A model generated the notes under the pieces. It did no database searches and was not told the origin of the DNA. It saw only the letters and a program-made list of their open reading frames with translations. Below are positions 11,862-22,114 of a DNA stretch of 52,187 nt, piece by piece. Position 1 is the first letter of the stretch. The number at the start of each line of letters is the position of its first letter. Position numbers and translations under genes: made by a program. The DNA is taken from positions 1-52,187 of the forward strand of contig CAJQKG010000155.1 of assembly GCA_905478845.1 (NCBI GenBank), in the 5' to 3' direction. Source of the DNA: an uncultured Luminiphilus sp. (GTDB lineage Bacteria; Pseudomonadota; Gammaproteobacteria; Pseudomonadales; Halieaceae).

Positions 11862-13019
11862 ATGGCACACCAACTCGGGCTGGACGCTCAGGCTGACGCG
11901 CGCTGGATTGCGCTCACGCAAATGATCGAGCGTGGCGCTGGTTGGCTTGACCAGGTGCTACAGCGTTGGCCGACACCGGACTTGATACTGGGCGAAAGCG
12001 ATATTAATCGTGTTTTGGACAGTGGAGTGAACAGTGGTGTGCACAATGGCCCTGCAGAATGGGCAGCTTTACAGCGGGTGATCGACAACGCGTCTCCCAA
12101 TCAACTGCTGCGCTGCCTGCCAAAATCGTCCCCACTGTTTCTTGTGACGACACGCGATCCCCTTTATCCGCCGCTGTTGGCTGAGTGCAATGATCGCCCT
12201 CCGTTTCTCTTCGTGCAGGGAGACCTGGATAGCCTTAACAGCACCACACTGTCTGTGGTGGGAACGCGTAAGCCCTCCTTAGATGGGCAACGCGCAGCAA
12301 TGGACTTGACCCGTGCGGCCATCGCGCTAGGTCTGACGGTCGTGAGTGGCTTGGCGCTCGGTATCGACGGGATTGCGCACCAAGCGGCACTGTCGGCAAA
12401 CGGTAAGACGATCGCGGTGTTGCCCTCGGGTCTCGATCAGATCTACCCATCGAGACATCGCCAATTGGCAGCGAATATTGCGAAGGCCGGTGCCGTTATT
12501 AGTGAGTTTCCGCTGGGCACTCCGCCAAGGAAGCATCATTTTCATCGTCGCAATCGGACCTTATCGGGATTCAGTACCGCGACGTTGGTGATTGAGGCTG
12601 GGCGGCCGAGCGGGACGCTGATCACCGCCTCGGCTGCAGCCGATCAGGGTCGCGACGTGATGACATTACCTTGGTCGATCTATCACCCCGAAGGGGCGGG
12701 ATGTCGATATCTTCTCGATGCGGGTGCCACGCTCATTCAGTCGCCAGAGGACCTCGCTCACTGCTTAAATATCGCGATGCCACCTCAATGGATGACCCAT
12801 TCGGCGGGGTATAACGCCACCGCCGTGCCGGCACAGCCCCCAGCCTTGTCGCTGGATCAGCGGGCAGTACTCTCGTTACTAGGGCGCGAATCTCACCCGG
12901 CAGAGGCCCTAGCCCTGCGACTGAATTGGGATATGGATCGTTGTTTAGCGTGCTTGTCTGGTCTGGAAGTACAAGGCTGGATACAGAGGGGGGCAAAAGG
13001 TTACGGTGCGACGCGCTGA
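11862..13019 (+). CDS. dprA: DNA-processing protein DprA (Smf)
   Basis: YPPLL, VVGTR, VVSGLALGIDGIAHQAAL, FHRRNR, EAGRPSGTLITA, C-terminal winged helix. Confidence 0.95.
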   Translation: MAHQLGLDAQADARWIALTQMIERGAGWLDQVLQRWPTPDLILGESDINRVLDSGVNSGVHNGPAEWAALQRVIDNASPNQLLRCLPKSSPLFLVTTRDPLYPPLLAECNDRPPFLFVQGDLDSLNSTTLSVVGTRKPSLDGQRAAMDLTRAAIALGLTVVSGLALGIDGIAHQAALSANGKTIAVLPSGLDQIYPSRHRQLAANIAKAGAVISEFPLGTPPRKHHFHRRNRTLSGFSTATLVIEAGRPSGTLITASAAADQGRDVMTLPWSIYHPEGAGCRYLLDAGATLIQSPEDLAHCLNIAMPPQWMTHSAGYNATAVPAQPPALSLDQRAVLSLLGRESHPAEALALRLNWDMDRCLACLSGLEVQGWIQRGAKGYGATR

Positions 13020-13084
13020 AAAGTGCGTTGGCTCCCTACCCACAGCGTGCGGTAAAATAGCGGTTTGACACGTTAGCGACGATT

Positions 13085-13663
13085 ATGGACCCACTGCATC
13101 AAGCCCCGCTTTATGCGCAATGGCGCCTACCGTTGCTCCGGTCTGTTTTGGAGCGTGGTGGGGTCGTAGCGTGCCCTGCGGAGGGGGTTTGGGGACTCAG
13201 TTGCGACCCTTACAGCGAGGCCGCGGTTGCAGATCTATTGACCCTTAAACTGCGCTCGGTGCAAAAAGGGCTCATTGTGGTGGCCGCTAATGCGGCGATG
13301 TTTGATGAGGTTCTGTCATACCTGTCGCCGGACGAGCGTCACCGGTTGCGCGCATCCTGGCCTGGCCCTAACACTTGGTTGGTGCCCAATCACGGGGTTT
13401 TCCCGGACTGGATAACAGGGGAGAGTCGTGACGTCGCGATTCGCGTCACGTCCGCGCTACCGCTCAGACGGTTGAGCGAGTCCTTTGGTGGGCCACTGGT
13501 GTCAACCAGTGCCAATCCGGCGGGATTACCGCCCCCTCATTATTTGTGGGCATTGCGGCGACACTTTGGGGTAACGTTACCGGTACTGCCGGGGCGGCTT
13601 GAGCAAGCGGGTAAACCGTCAACGATTCGCCGCATAGGAGATGGCACTATTGTCCGACCTTAG
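13085..13663 (+). CDS. tsaC: L-threonylcarbamoyladenylate synthase (Sua5/YrdC family)
   Basis: [10 protein letters not shown], KxR (LKLR..KGLI), [15 protein letters not shown]. Confidence 0.9.
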   Translation: MDPLHQAPLYAQWRLPLLRSVLERGGVVACPAEGVWGLSCDPYSEAAVADLLTLKLRSVQKGLIVVAANAAMFDEVLSYLSPDERHRLRASWPGPNTWLVPNHGVFPDWITGESRDVAIRVTSALPLRRLSESFGGPLVSTSANPAGLPPPHYLWALRRHFGVTLPVLPGRLEQAGKPSTIRRIGDGTIVRP

Positions 13664-13682
13664 CCAGCACAAGGAGAGCCCG

Positions 13683-14609
13683 ATGGATGTATCGGCTGTA
13701 GAGACCTATCTCACGACCTTGCAGCGTCGCATTTGTGAGCGTCTAGAGTTGATCGATCAGAGCGCGGTTTTTAAGACGGAGTCCTGGGATCGTCCAGAGG
13801 GTGGGGGCGGTGTGAGTCGTGTCTTAGCGGATGGCGAAGTGATTGAAAAAGGGGGGGTTAATTTCTCCCATGTCGTGGGGTCAGCAATGCCCGCTTCGGC
13901 GACGCAGCATCGCCCCGAGTTGGCGGGTAGAAGCTTCCGCGCGTTGGGCGTTTCCTTGGTGATTCATCCTCGCAACCCCCATGCCCCTACGTCGCATGCC
14001 AACGTACGCATGTTTATGGCGGAAAAACCTGGTGCAGAGCCTGTCTGGTGGATGGGGGGCGGTTTTGATTTGACGCCCTATTATGGCTATGAAGAAGACG
14101 CCGTATCGTGGCACACACAGGCGAAAGCCGCCTGTGATCCGTTTGGGGAGGAGATCTACCCCCGATTCAAACAGTGGTGTGATGATTACTTTTACATCCC
14201 GCACCGGCAGGAACCTCGGGGTATTGGGGGGCTCTTTTACGATGATCTGAACGAGTGGGGGTTTGATCAAACCTTCGCGTTTATGCGCAGTGTGGGCGAC
14301 GGTTTTCTGAATGCTTACGCTCCCATCCTTGAGCGGCGCAAAGACATGCCGTGGACTGAAGCAGAGCGACAGTGGCAGCTTTATCGTCGCGGGCGCTACG
14401 TCGAATTTAATCTAGTACACGACCGCGGCACTCTATTTGGTCTGCAAACCAACGGGCGAACGGAGGCCATACTGATGTCACTGCCTCCCTTGGTGCGCTG
14501 GGAGTATGGCTTGACGCCCAGTGAGGGCACGCCAGAGGCGCGGCTGATGAGTGATTTTCTGCCGCCACGCGATTGGCTTGGTGTTGCAGGGCTGACGCAG
14601 AACGCATGA
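13683..14609 (+). CDS. hemF: Oxygen-dependent coproporphyrinogen III oxidase
   Basis: [47 protein letters not shown] 13683 follows AGGAG. Confidence 0.98.
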   Translation: MDVSAVETYLTTLQRRICERLELIDQSAVFKTESWDRPEGGGGVSRVLADGEVIEKGGVNFSHVVGSAMPASATQHRPELAGRSFRALGVSLVIHPRNPHAPTSHANVRMFMAEKPGAEPVWWMGGGFDLTPYYGYEEDAVSWHTQAKAACDPFGEEIYPRFKQWCDDYFYIPHRQEPRGIGGLFYDDLNEWGFDQTFAFMRSVGDGFLNAYAPILERRKDMPWTEAERQWQLYRRGRYVEFNLVHDRGTLFGLQTNGRTEAILMSLPPLVRWEYGLTPSEGTPEARLMSDFLPPRDWLGVAGLTQNA

Positions 14610-14667
14610 CCGGTTATTGCGGCCGTGTGTCACCGATCGTTAACCGCTTGAGTGCTCAGGGAGGGTT

Positions 14668-15519
14668 ATGACCAGCACGCAAACCTTTCGTGATCGATTT
14701 GCTGTCGTCGGTAACCCGATTGGCCATAGCTTATCGCCGGCCATCCACACGGCTTTTGCGCAGCAAACGAACCAGGCGATCGATTACCGGACAGCGCTGG
14801 TGGAGGTAGATCTGTTTGAGCAGTGGGTCCATCAGTTTTTCGACGAAGGGGGCCACGGTCTTAATGTGACGCTGCCGTTTAAAACACGTGCTTTTGCGCT
14901 GGCAAATCAGGCTTCCCCGCGTGCTCAGGCGGCAGAGGCTGCCAATTTTTTAATGCGCGACGAGGCGGGCGATATCATTGCGGATAATACTGACGGTAGA
15001 GGACTCGTGACCGATATGACGGTCAATGCTGGCTGGCCTTTGCACGATGCGCGCATTCTCATACTGGGTGCAGGTGGGGCTGTTCGGGGGGTGCTACCCG
15101 CCCTACTAGCTGAGGCACCGCAATGCGTATTTGTGGCGAATCGGACCCCCGAGCGCGCCCAGCAATTAGCCGAGCGCTGGAGTTCCGATGCGATAGCAGT
15201 CTCGGGCGGCGGTTACCACGATGTGCCTTTAGTAGCCTGGGATGTGGTGATTAATGGCACCAGCACGGGCCTGAGTAATGAAATGCCCGCTTTATCGAGC
15301 TCGATGATATTTGCGCCACAGTGTCGAGGTTATGACATGGCTTACGGGCGGGCACCGACCCCTTTTATGGCGTGGGCGAGGGAACAGGGCGTCGCCGAGG
15401 TCATGGATGGTTTGGGTATGTTGGTTGAGCAGGCAGCAGAAAGTTTTTTCCTCTGGCGTGGTGAATATCCAGAGACCCCGTCAGTGGTCTCGTCGCTACG
15501 CGCCGAGTCGGGGGGTTGA
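14668..15519 (+). CDS. aroE: Shikimate dehydrogenase
   Basis: GNPIGHSLSP, NVTLPFK, DNTDG, GAGGA, GLGMLVEQA. Confidence 0.97.
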   Translation: MTSTQTFRDRFAVVGNPIGHSLSPAIHTAFAQQTNQAIDYRTALVEVDLFEQWVHQFFDEGGHGLNVTLPFKTRAFALANQASPRAQAAEAANFLMRDEAGDIIADNTDGRGLVTDMTVNAGWPLHDARILILGAGGAVRGVLPALLAEAPQCVFVANRTPERAQQLAERWSSDAIAVSGGGYHDVPLVAWDVVINGTSTGLSNEMPALSSSMIFAPQCRGYDMAYGRAPTPFMAWAREQGVAEVMDGLGMLVEQAAESFFLWRGEYPETPSVVSSLRAESGG

Positions 15520-15522
15520 GTC

Positions 15523-16086
15523 CTAGCTGCTGCTGTCGAGGTATCGCTGCTTCAGTGAGACATAACCATCGGCGCTGTATTGAAGGAACCGCTGCTCGCT
15601 TTCGGACAGGGTGCGGACCTCGCGTGCAGGGCTTCCTGCATATAGGTGCCCGCTGCGGAGCACCTTCCCGGGTGTGACCAGTGAGCCTGCCGCGATCATC
15701 ACCTCGTCTTCTACGACGACTCTGTCCATAATAATGGCGCCCATCCCGACCAAAACGCGATCACCCACGGTGCAACCATGCAGCAGTGCTCGGTGTCCTA
15801 CCGTGACATCCTCGCCGATGTGCAGTGGATATCCGTCGGGGTTATACGGGCCCTCATGGGTGACATGTAATACGGTGCCGTCTTGGATGTTGGTGCGCGC
15901 GCCAATGCGGATAATCTGCACGTCACCTCGCATCGCGGCGTGAGGCCACACGCTGGCATCGTCACCGAGGCAGACGTCACCCATGACGACAGCGGTAGGG
16001 TCAATCAGCACTCGCGCGCCGAGCTTGGGTGTTACCCCAAGTGCCTCACGGATGTGTGCTTCGCCTTTGAAATTAATGTGGGTCAC
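15523..16086 (-). CDS. Gamma-class carbonic anhydrase family hexapeptide-repeat protein (YrdA-like)
   Basis: RGDV, TNIQDGTVLH, VTVGHRALLHGC, GSPA. Confidence 0.92.
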   Translation of the reverse strand: MTHINFKGEAHIREALGVTPKLGARVLIDPTAVVMGDVCLGDDASVWPHAAMRGDVQIIRIGARTNIQDGTVLHVTHEGPYNPDGYPLHIGEDVTVGHRALLHGCTVGDRVLVGMGAIIMDRVVVEDEVMIAAGSLVTPGKVLRSGHLYAGSPAREVRTLSESEQRFLQYSADGYVSLKQRYLDSSS

Positions 16087-16149
16087 CCTTGGCCTCCTGT
16101 GCCGATTGAACTTGTTACACTATGACGTCCTTGATAAGGCGACGTGAGT

Positions 16150-16395
16150 ATGTCTGATTCTCAGCCTGACACCAATCAACGGCCCCGCTTTGTCGCCGGT
16201 GCCGTCTGCCCGAGCTGTCAGGAACAAGATCGTATTGTGATCGACATGGGTGCCGATGAGCGTCGCTGCGTGGCATGTGGATACGTCGAGGCGCGCCCCG
16301 TTGCACCGGCTGATCTGCCGGCCACTCGCGTCACACGGGCGGCGGCAAGGCGTGTCGAGACCCCCTCGGACCCGGTCAAACTCATTGACGACTGA
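16150..16395 (+). CDS. YheV-family zinc-ribbon protein
   Basis: RFVAGAVCPSC...CVACGY signature. Confidence 0.85.
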   Translation: MSDSQPDTNQRPRFVAGAVCPSCQEQDRIVIDMGADERRCVACGYVEARPVAPADLPATRVTRAAARRVETPSDPVKLIDD

Positions 16396-16536
16396 CCGGC
16401 TGATTTTCTGTCCGTTATAACCTGTAATCATGTAGCGGATTCACTAAAAGCATTGTTTTTTAGAAAGGCGACGTCAAACCCACTGCATTCTGGGCTGGCT
16501 GTGCAGTTCTGCCCATGTATTTTCTTGTAACTTCGT

Positions 16537-16550
16537 TATAATCCCCGCGC
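16537..16550 (+). promoter_or_regulatory. Putative sigma70 -10 element (TATAAT) with GC-rich discriminator upstream of the cox operon
   Basis: Perfect TATAAT at 16537-16542 followed by ccccgcgc, about 70 nt before the coxB start. No clear -35. Confidence 0.5.
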
Positions 16551-16612
16551 TTTTGTTCACCCCTTTGTGGCTCGGGGTTCGGCGCCACATCAAAAATTGG
16601 AGTACGCACGCG

Positions 16613-17725
16613 ATGGGAAGAATCTTCTCAGGGGTGCCTTTGGCATTGTTTGCGTCGCTTGCGGCGGCACAAAATCAGGTCAACATGTCGCCCGGTGTCA
16701 CCGAGATTGGCGCAGACATCTTTGAGCTTCACATGTTGATTATGTGGATCTGTGTGGTGATCGGCGTCGCGGTTTTTGCGGTGATGTTTTACTCCATCTA
16801 CGCGCACCGCAAGTCACGCGGGCACGAGGCATCGCAGTTCCACGAAAGCACCAAGGTGGAAATTGCTTGGACGGTCGTCCCGTTTTTGATTTTGATCGCT
16901 ATGGCGGTCCCCGCAACGTCGACGTTGTTAGAGGTGTATGACAACGACGAGGCGGAGCTCGACGTGCTGATAACGGGACATCAGTGGAAGTGGAAGTACG
17001 AGTATTTGGATGAGACCGGCGACAATATCGCCTTTTTCTCTAATTTGACGACGCCACAAGAAGAAATCTACAACACGGCGGCCAAAGGCGATCATTACTT
17101 GCTGGAGGTCGACGAGCCTTTGGTGATCCCTACCAATACCAAGGTGCGGTTTTTGATCACGGCGAACGATGTCATCCACTCTTGGTGGGTACCTGAGCTT
17201 GCCGTTAAACGGGATGCGATTCCGGGGTTTATTAACGAAGCGTGGACTCGCGTGCCGCAAGAAGGCATTTATCGTGGTCAGTGCACCGAGCTGTGTGGCG
17301 CGTATCACGGGTTTATGCCGGTCGTCGTTCACGCCGTTTCGCCAGAGGAATTTCAGGCATGGCAGGCCGCCAAACGCGGCGCCGCTCAGGCTGAAAGCCA
17401 GCTTGCCATGCAAACGCTCTCCTCCGATGAGCTGATGACACAGGGTAAAGCGGTTTACGAGACAGCCTGTGTCGCTTGCCACGGTGCCCAAGGGGAGGGC
17501 GGTATTGGTAACGCCATCGCCGGCAGCGCAGTGGTGATGGGCGATCTTTCGCAGCACATGGCGATTGTCGCGAAGGGCGTTGCCGGAACGGCAATGCAGG
17601 CGTTTGATGCGCAGCTGAGCCAGGTAGAGCTGGCCGCGGTGCTTACATACCAACGTAATGCCTTTGGCAATAACACGGGCGATATTGTCCAACCGGGCGA
17701 TGTCGCCGGAATGAACAACGGATAA
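16613..17725 (+). CDS. coxB: Cytochrome c oxidase subunit II with C-terminal cytochrome c domain (caa3 type)
   Basis: EIAWT, QWKW, DVIHSW, CuA motif CTELCGAYHGFM, C-terminal CVACH. ATG 16613 follows GGAG. Confidence 0.96.
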   Translation: MGRIFSGVPLALFASLAAAQNQVNMSPGVTEIGADIFELHMLIMWICVVIGVAVFAVMFYSIYAHRKSRGHEASQFHESTKVEIAWTVVPFLILIAMAVPATSTLLEVYDNDEAELDVLITGHQWKWKYEYLDETGDNIAFFSNLTTPQEEIYNTAAKGDHYLLEVDEPLVIPTNTKVRFLITANDVIHSWWVPELAVKRDAIPGFINEAWTRVPQEGIYRGQCTELCGAYHGFMPVVVHAVSPEEFQAWQAAKRGAAQAESQLAMQTLSSDELMTQGKAVYETACVACHGAQGEGGIGNAIAGSAVVMGDLSQHMAIVAKGVAGTAMQAFDAQLSQVELAAVLTYQRNAFGNNTGDIVQPGDVAGMNNG

Positions 17726-17739
17726 AGAGGTAAAACACG

Positions 17740-19320
17740 ATGGGTGATCATCATCACGGGCCAGCAGCAGGGGTGACGCGTTGGTTGTTTACGACCAACC
17801 ACAAGGACATTGGTACGATGTACCTGTGGTTCTCTTTTGCCATGTTCTTGCTGGGGGGCTTCTTCGCCATGGTTATTCGGGCGGAGCTTTTCCAGCCAGG
17901 GATGCAATTGGTTGAGCCCGCGTTTTTTAATCAGATGACCACTCTACACGGGCTAGTCATGGTGTTTGGCGCCATTATGCCGTCCTTTGTGGGCTTGGCT
18001 AACTGGCTGATCCCAATGATGATTGGCGCGCCCGATATGGCGCTGCCACGCATGAATAATTGGAGCTTCTGGATTTTGCCACCGGCTTTCTTGATGCTCG
18101 CTTCAACCCTGTTCATGGAGGGGGGCGCACCCGCCTTTGGTTGGACATTTTATGCCCCACTGTCAACGACTTACGCGCCGCCTTCGGTCACCTTCTTTAT
18201 TTTCGCCATCCATATTCTGGGTGTGTCATCTATCATGGGGTCAATCAATATTATCGCCACTGTGATGAACATGCGTGCCCCGGGCATGACCTACATGAAG
18301 ATGCCCATGTTTGTTTGGACGTGGTTGATTACCGCTTTCTTGCTGGTCGCAGTGATGCCGGTGTTAGCGGGCGCCGTGACGATGATGCTAATGGATATTC
18401 ACTTTGGTACGAGCTTCTTTTCAGCGGCCGGCGGTGGTGATCCGGTGCTGTTCCAGCACATCTTCTGGTTTTTTGGTCATCCAGAGGTCTACATTATTAT
18501 TTTGCCGGCATTTGGTGTGGTCTCGCAGATCATTCCCGCTTTCTCTCGCAAGCCATTATTCGGCTACGCCTCGATGGTCTACGCTACTGCGTCGATCGCC
18601 TTTTTATCGTTCGTCGTATGGGCGCACCACATGTACACCGTGGGCATGCCTGTTGCCGGCGAGTTATTTTTTATGTACGCGACTATGTTGATTGCGGTGC
18701 CAACCGGCGTGAAGGTGTTCAACTGGATATCAACCATGTGGCGTGGCTCGCTGAGCTTTGAAACGCCCATGTTGTTTTCGATTGGCTTCTTAGTGCTGTT
18801 TACGTTGGGCGGGTTTACGGGCTTGATGCTCTCAATCGCTCCGGCAGACTTTCAGTACCACGACACCTACTTTGTCGTGGCTCACTTTCACTATGTGATG
18901 GTGGCCGGTGCGGTATTTTCGATGACGGCGGCGGTGTATTACTGGCTGCCGAAGTGGTGTGGCCGCATGTATAGCGAGTCGATGGGTAAGATCCATTTCT
19001 GGATTTCCTTCATTGGTTTCAATATCACCTTCTTTCCGCAACATTTTGTGGGGCTCGCCGGCATGCCTAGGCGAATCCCCGACTATGCGTTGCAGTTTGC
19101 GGACTTCAATATGATGTCTTCGATTGGTGCTTTCATATACGGCGCGTCTCAGCTGCTATTTTTGTATAACGTGATTGCAACAATCGTGTCGGGTGAGCGA
19201 GTCAGTGATGAGAAAGTGTGGGACGGTGCAGAGGGTCTTGAGTGGACCGTTCCAACGCCAGCGCCTTACCACACCTTTGAAGAGCCACCGTTGGTATCAA
19301 AGCCAGCGGGAACGTTTTAG
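17740..19320 (+). CDS. coxA: Cytochrome c oxidase subunit I (A1 type)
   Basis: TNHKDIG, WFFGHPEVY, WAHHM, VAHFHY, GMPRR. Confidence 0.98.
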   Translation: MGDHHHGPAAGVTRWLFTTNHKDIGTMYLWFSFAMFLLGGFFAMVIRAELFQPGMQLVEPAFFNQMTTLHGLVMVFGAIMPSFVGLANWLIPMMIGAPDMALPRMNNWSFWILPPAFLMLASTLFMEGGAPAFGWTFYAPLSTTYAPPSVTFFIFAIHILGVSSIMGSINIIATVMNMRAPGMTYMKMPMFVWTWLITAFLLVAVMPVLAGAVTMMLMDIHFGTSFFSAAGGGDPVLFQHIFWFFGHPEVYIIILPAFGVVSQIIPAFSRKPLFGYASMVYATASIAFLSFVVWAHHMYTVGMPVAGELFFMYATMLIAVPTGVKVFNWISTMWRGSLSFETPMLFSIGFLVLFTLGGFTGLMLSIAPADFQYHDTYFVVAHFHYVMVAGAVFSMTAAVYYWLPKWCGRMYSESMGKIHFWISFIGFNITFFPQHFVGLAGMPRRIPDYALQFADFNMMSSIGAFIYGASQLLFLYNVIATIVSGERVSDEKVWDGAEGLEWTVPTPAPYHTFEEPPLVSKPAGTF

Positions 19321-19340
19321 CGGGCAAAGGATAACTGACG

Positions 19341-19907
19341 ATGGCCTACGTGCGCCTCAGTAAGGTTCCCGCTATCGATACCGCCTTGAAGTTAAGCGGT
19401 GTCGCAGTGGTGATGTTTGCTTTTGTGTTTGTAGTGATGGTGCCGCTTTATAACGTCCTGTGTGATGTATTGGGCATCAATGGCAAGACGGCAGGGACGG
19501 CCTACACGGCGGTACCGGTGATGATTGACGAAAGTCGAGAGGTCACCGTTCAGTTTGTCGCCATCAATAACAACGAAATGCCCTGGGGCTTTGCTCCTGA
19601 TGCGAGGGTGATGCGAGTCCATCCCGGTGCAGCCAATGGCACGATATTCCGCGCTACTAATCCGACTAATGCGCCCATGGTAGCGCAGGCTATTCCCAGT
19701 ATTTCACCAAGCCGTGCTGCCGCGTATTTTCATAAGACCGAGTGCTTTTGCTTTGAGCAGCAGGGGTTGGCAGGATTGGCGACCGCCGATATGCCACTCC
19801 AGTTCATTGTTGATCAAGACCTGCCTCGCGATATCCATACCATCACGCTGTCTTACACGCTGTTTGATGTTACCGCCTCGGTGACTGACCAGGTCGTTGC
19901 GCGTTGA
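19341..19907 (+). CDS. ctaG: Cytochrome c oxidase assembly copper chaperone CtaG/Cox11
   Basis: VPLYNVLC, KTECFCF, ITLSYT. Confidence 0.95.
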   Translation: MAYVRLSKVPAIDTALKLSGVAVVMFAFVFVVMVPLYNVLCDVLGINGKTAGTAYTAVPVMIDESREVTVQFVAINNNEMPWGFAPDARVMRVHPGAANGTIFRATNPTNAPMVAQAIPSISPSRAAAYFHKTECFCFEQQGLAGLATADMPLQFIVDQDLPRDIHTITLSYTLFDVTASVTDQVVAR

Positions 19908-19930
19908 TCGCGGCACTCTAGGAGACATCT

Positions 19931-20911
19931 ATGTCCAATAACTCATCCACCGCAAGCGGGCACGAAAAGTATTACGTGCCCGAGTCTTCCAGCCTCGCCG
20001 TCAGGGCAACGATTGGCTTGTTGCTCTCGGTATTCGGTGGTGGCTTGATGCTAAACGAAATGACCTACGGGTCGGCGGACGACGCCAGTTACTCGGGGTG
20101 GGTGCTGACTGCCGGTCTGGTCTTTTTCATCCTGACGTTGACCAGCTGGTTTAGAACGGTGATTAAAGAGAACATCGCGGGCCTCAATAGCGGGCAAGTG
20201 AACCAGAGCTACGTTTTGGGCATGTTTTGGTTTATTTTTTCCGAAGTGATGTTTTTTGCTGCCTTTTTTGGCACCTTGCTTTACGTGCGACAACTCGCGG
20301 GTCCTTGGCTTGCGGGAGAGGGCGAAGGTGGGCGGATGAACGACTTGTTGTGGCCCGGTTTCGAATTCACTTGGCCGCCTTCTATCACGCCACAGGAAAC
20401 GGTGGGCGGAGCCGATGCGCAGCTCATTGCCAATAATGGCGATTTTGTTTCTCAGGAAAAATCGATGGCGCCTGCCGATGCCCACGCGTGGTATGCCTGG
20501 TTACCAATGTGGAACACGATTATCTTGTTAAGTTCGAGCGCGACGGTGCATGTGGCGCATACGGCAATTCTGGCGGGCGATCGCGCAAAATTTAACCGCT
20601 GGCTGGGTATTACGGTGGGACTCGCGCTGATTTTTCTGGCATTGCAAGCCGCGGAGTACTACGAGGCTTATGTCCTTTATGGACTGACACTGAACTCCGG
20701 TATTTACGGCTCGACGTTTTTTATGTTGACCGGATTCCATGGCTTTCATGTGGCCATGGGGATGACGATGTTGCTGATTCAGTTAGTGCGCTCTGTGAAG
20801 AATGAGCATTTCACGGCATCGGATCATTTCGGGTTCGAAGCCTCTAGCTGGTATTGGCACTTTGTCGATGTCGTTTGGGTCTTTTTGTTTTTGTTCGTTT
20901 ATATTTTATAA
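19931..20911 (+). CDS. coxC: Cytochrome c oxidase subunit III
   Basis: FIFSEVMFF, GSTFFMLTGFHGFHV, WYWHFVDVVW. Confidence 0.96.
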   Translation: MSNNSSTASGHEKYYVPESSSLAVRATIGLLLSVFGGGLMLNEMTYGSADDASYSGWVLTAGLVFFILTLTSWFRTVIKENIAGLNSGQVNQSYVLGMFWFIFSEVMFFAAFFGTLLYVRQLAGPWLAGEGEGGRMNDLLWPGFEFTWPPSITPQETVGGADAQLIANNGDFVSQEKSMAPADAHAWYAWLPMWNTIILLSSSATVHVAHTAILAGDRAKFNRWLGITVGLALIFLALQAAEYYEAYVLYGLTLNSGIYGSTFFMLTGFHGFHVAMGMTMLLIQLVRSVKNEHFTASDHFGFEASSWYWHFVDVVWVFLFLFVYIL

Positions 20912-20930
20912 GGCCCTCTGGCGCGGGACT

Positions 20931-20953
20931 AAGGGCGCTGCGGCGCCCTTTTT
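20931..20953 (+). terminator. Intrinsic terminator after coxC
   Basis: AAGGGCGC-tgcg-GCGCCCTT perfect stem followed by TTT, between convergent coxC and the DUF2909 gene. Confidence 0.8.
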
Positions 20954-21029
20954 GATGATCGCTTGCGGCAGCGAGCATCCAGTCTGTGAAGAATGTGATT
21001 GAGGGCGTGAAGGCGTGAGATGAGAGACG

Positions 21030-21281
21030 TCACTCCGGGGTGCTCAGTGAACTTTCTCGCATGGGTTCTGCGTCCCATGGATTGCGGTGGCCCAACTGGC
21101 CGGTCATTACCCCGTATAGGATCACGCACAGCAAAGAAAAGCCAAGCCCGAGGCGAATACCCAATGAGTTGAATAATCGGCGTTTGTCAGTGTTACCTTG
21201 ATCCGATAAAAGAAACACCAAGCCTGACGCTAGGCTCACTACAAGGGCTATCATGAGTAGGATTATCAGCGTTTTCAGCAT
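21030..21281 (-). CDS. DUF2909 / twin-transmembrane-helix small protein of cox clusters
   Basis: MLKTLIILL...SLASGLVFL..D...NSLGIR. Usual antisense position between coxC and SURF1. Confidence 0.85.
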   Translation of the reverse strand: MLKTLIILLMIALVVSLASGLVFLLSDQGNTDKRRLFNSLGIRLGLGFSLLCVILYGVMTGQLGHRNPWDAEPMRESSLSTPE

Positions 21282-21307
21282 CGGTTTACCCTTTCTGGTG
21301 AGGCCCG

Positions 21308-22114
21308 GTGAGTGTCACTTTCCAGACCAGCGTGGAGGAGCAGAGCGTGCAGTTTAACGGAAGCATCGGACGCTTGGAGATTAACGTTGATGTGCGGGCA
21401 TTCTGCGCCGGCGCAGTGCTGTTGGTCCTGTTACTGAATCTGGGTTTTTGGCAGCTTGGTCGGGCAGAGGAAAAAAACTCACTGCAAGCTCGCTGGGAAG
21501 CGCGGAGCGCGCTACCGGCCGCCGCGCCTTTGGCGCTGTTGCAAACCGCTGATGTCAGTCAATATGCGGATCGCCGTGTGCGTTGGCAGGGCGTGCTGGA
21601 CCCTGAAGCCTATGTGCTGCTGGATAATCGTTTGCACCGAGGGCGCGTGGGCTATCATGTCGTCGCGTTGATTGAGGCCGATGACTGGTTGGTGCCGGTG
21701 AACCTGGGTTGGTTAGCAGGCGATCCATCGCGTCGAACGATCCCAGTTCCTCAGTTAGTGGAGGGCCCCGCGTTAATCGAGGGGCAGGTCTATCTTCCTA
21801 GTGCGAAGCCGATAATACTGCAAAAACAACTTCCGCCCGATCGCCTGCCGGCCACCTCACAGACTTTGTACTGGGATCAATGGTCGGACACGTTGGCGGC
21901 GCTGACCGGGCAGTCTGTTTTTCCTTACGAAGTGAGGATTGATCCAGCCTCGCCGTTAGCCTTAGAAGCCGAATGGCCGGTTGTAAATCAGTCGTCTGCT
22001 AAACACGTCGGGTACGCGGTCCAATGGTTTGCCATGGCGGCGGTTTTGACACTAATCGGGGTGCTGCTGATGTCGAACATACGAGATATTGTTGCCGGTC
22101 GGCCCTCGTCATGA
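21308..22114 (+). CDS. SURF1-family cytochrome oxidase assembly protein
   Basis: LGFWQLGRAEEK, LLDN, GYHV, VNLGW, HVGYAVQWF. Start uncertain. Confidence 0.92.
   Translation: MSVTFQTSVEEQSVQFNGSIGRLEINVDVRAFCAGAVLLVLLLNLGFWQLGRAEEKNSLQARWEARSALPAAAPLALLQTADVSQYADRRVRWQGVLDPEAYVLLDNRLHRGRVGYHVVALIEADDWLVPVNLGWLAGDPSRRTIPVPQLVEGPALIEGQVYLPSAKPIILQKQLPPDRLPATSQTLYWDQWSDTLAALTGQSVFPYEVRIDPASPLALEAEWPVVNQSSAKHVGYAVQWFAMAAVLTLIGVLLMSNIRDIVAGRPSS

Noticed and set aside
16928-17692. 254-aa antisense ORF inside coxB (likewise 5027-5647 in trkH and 48184-48723 against waaA)
   Set aside because: Fully overlaps well-supported genes and has no recognisable motifs; expected from codon bias.
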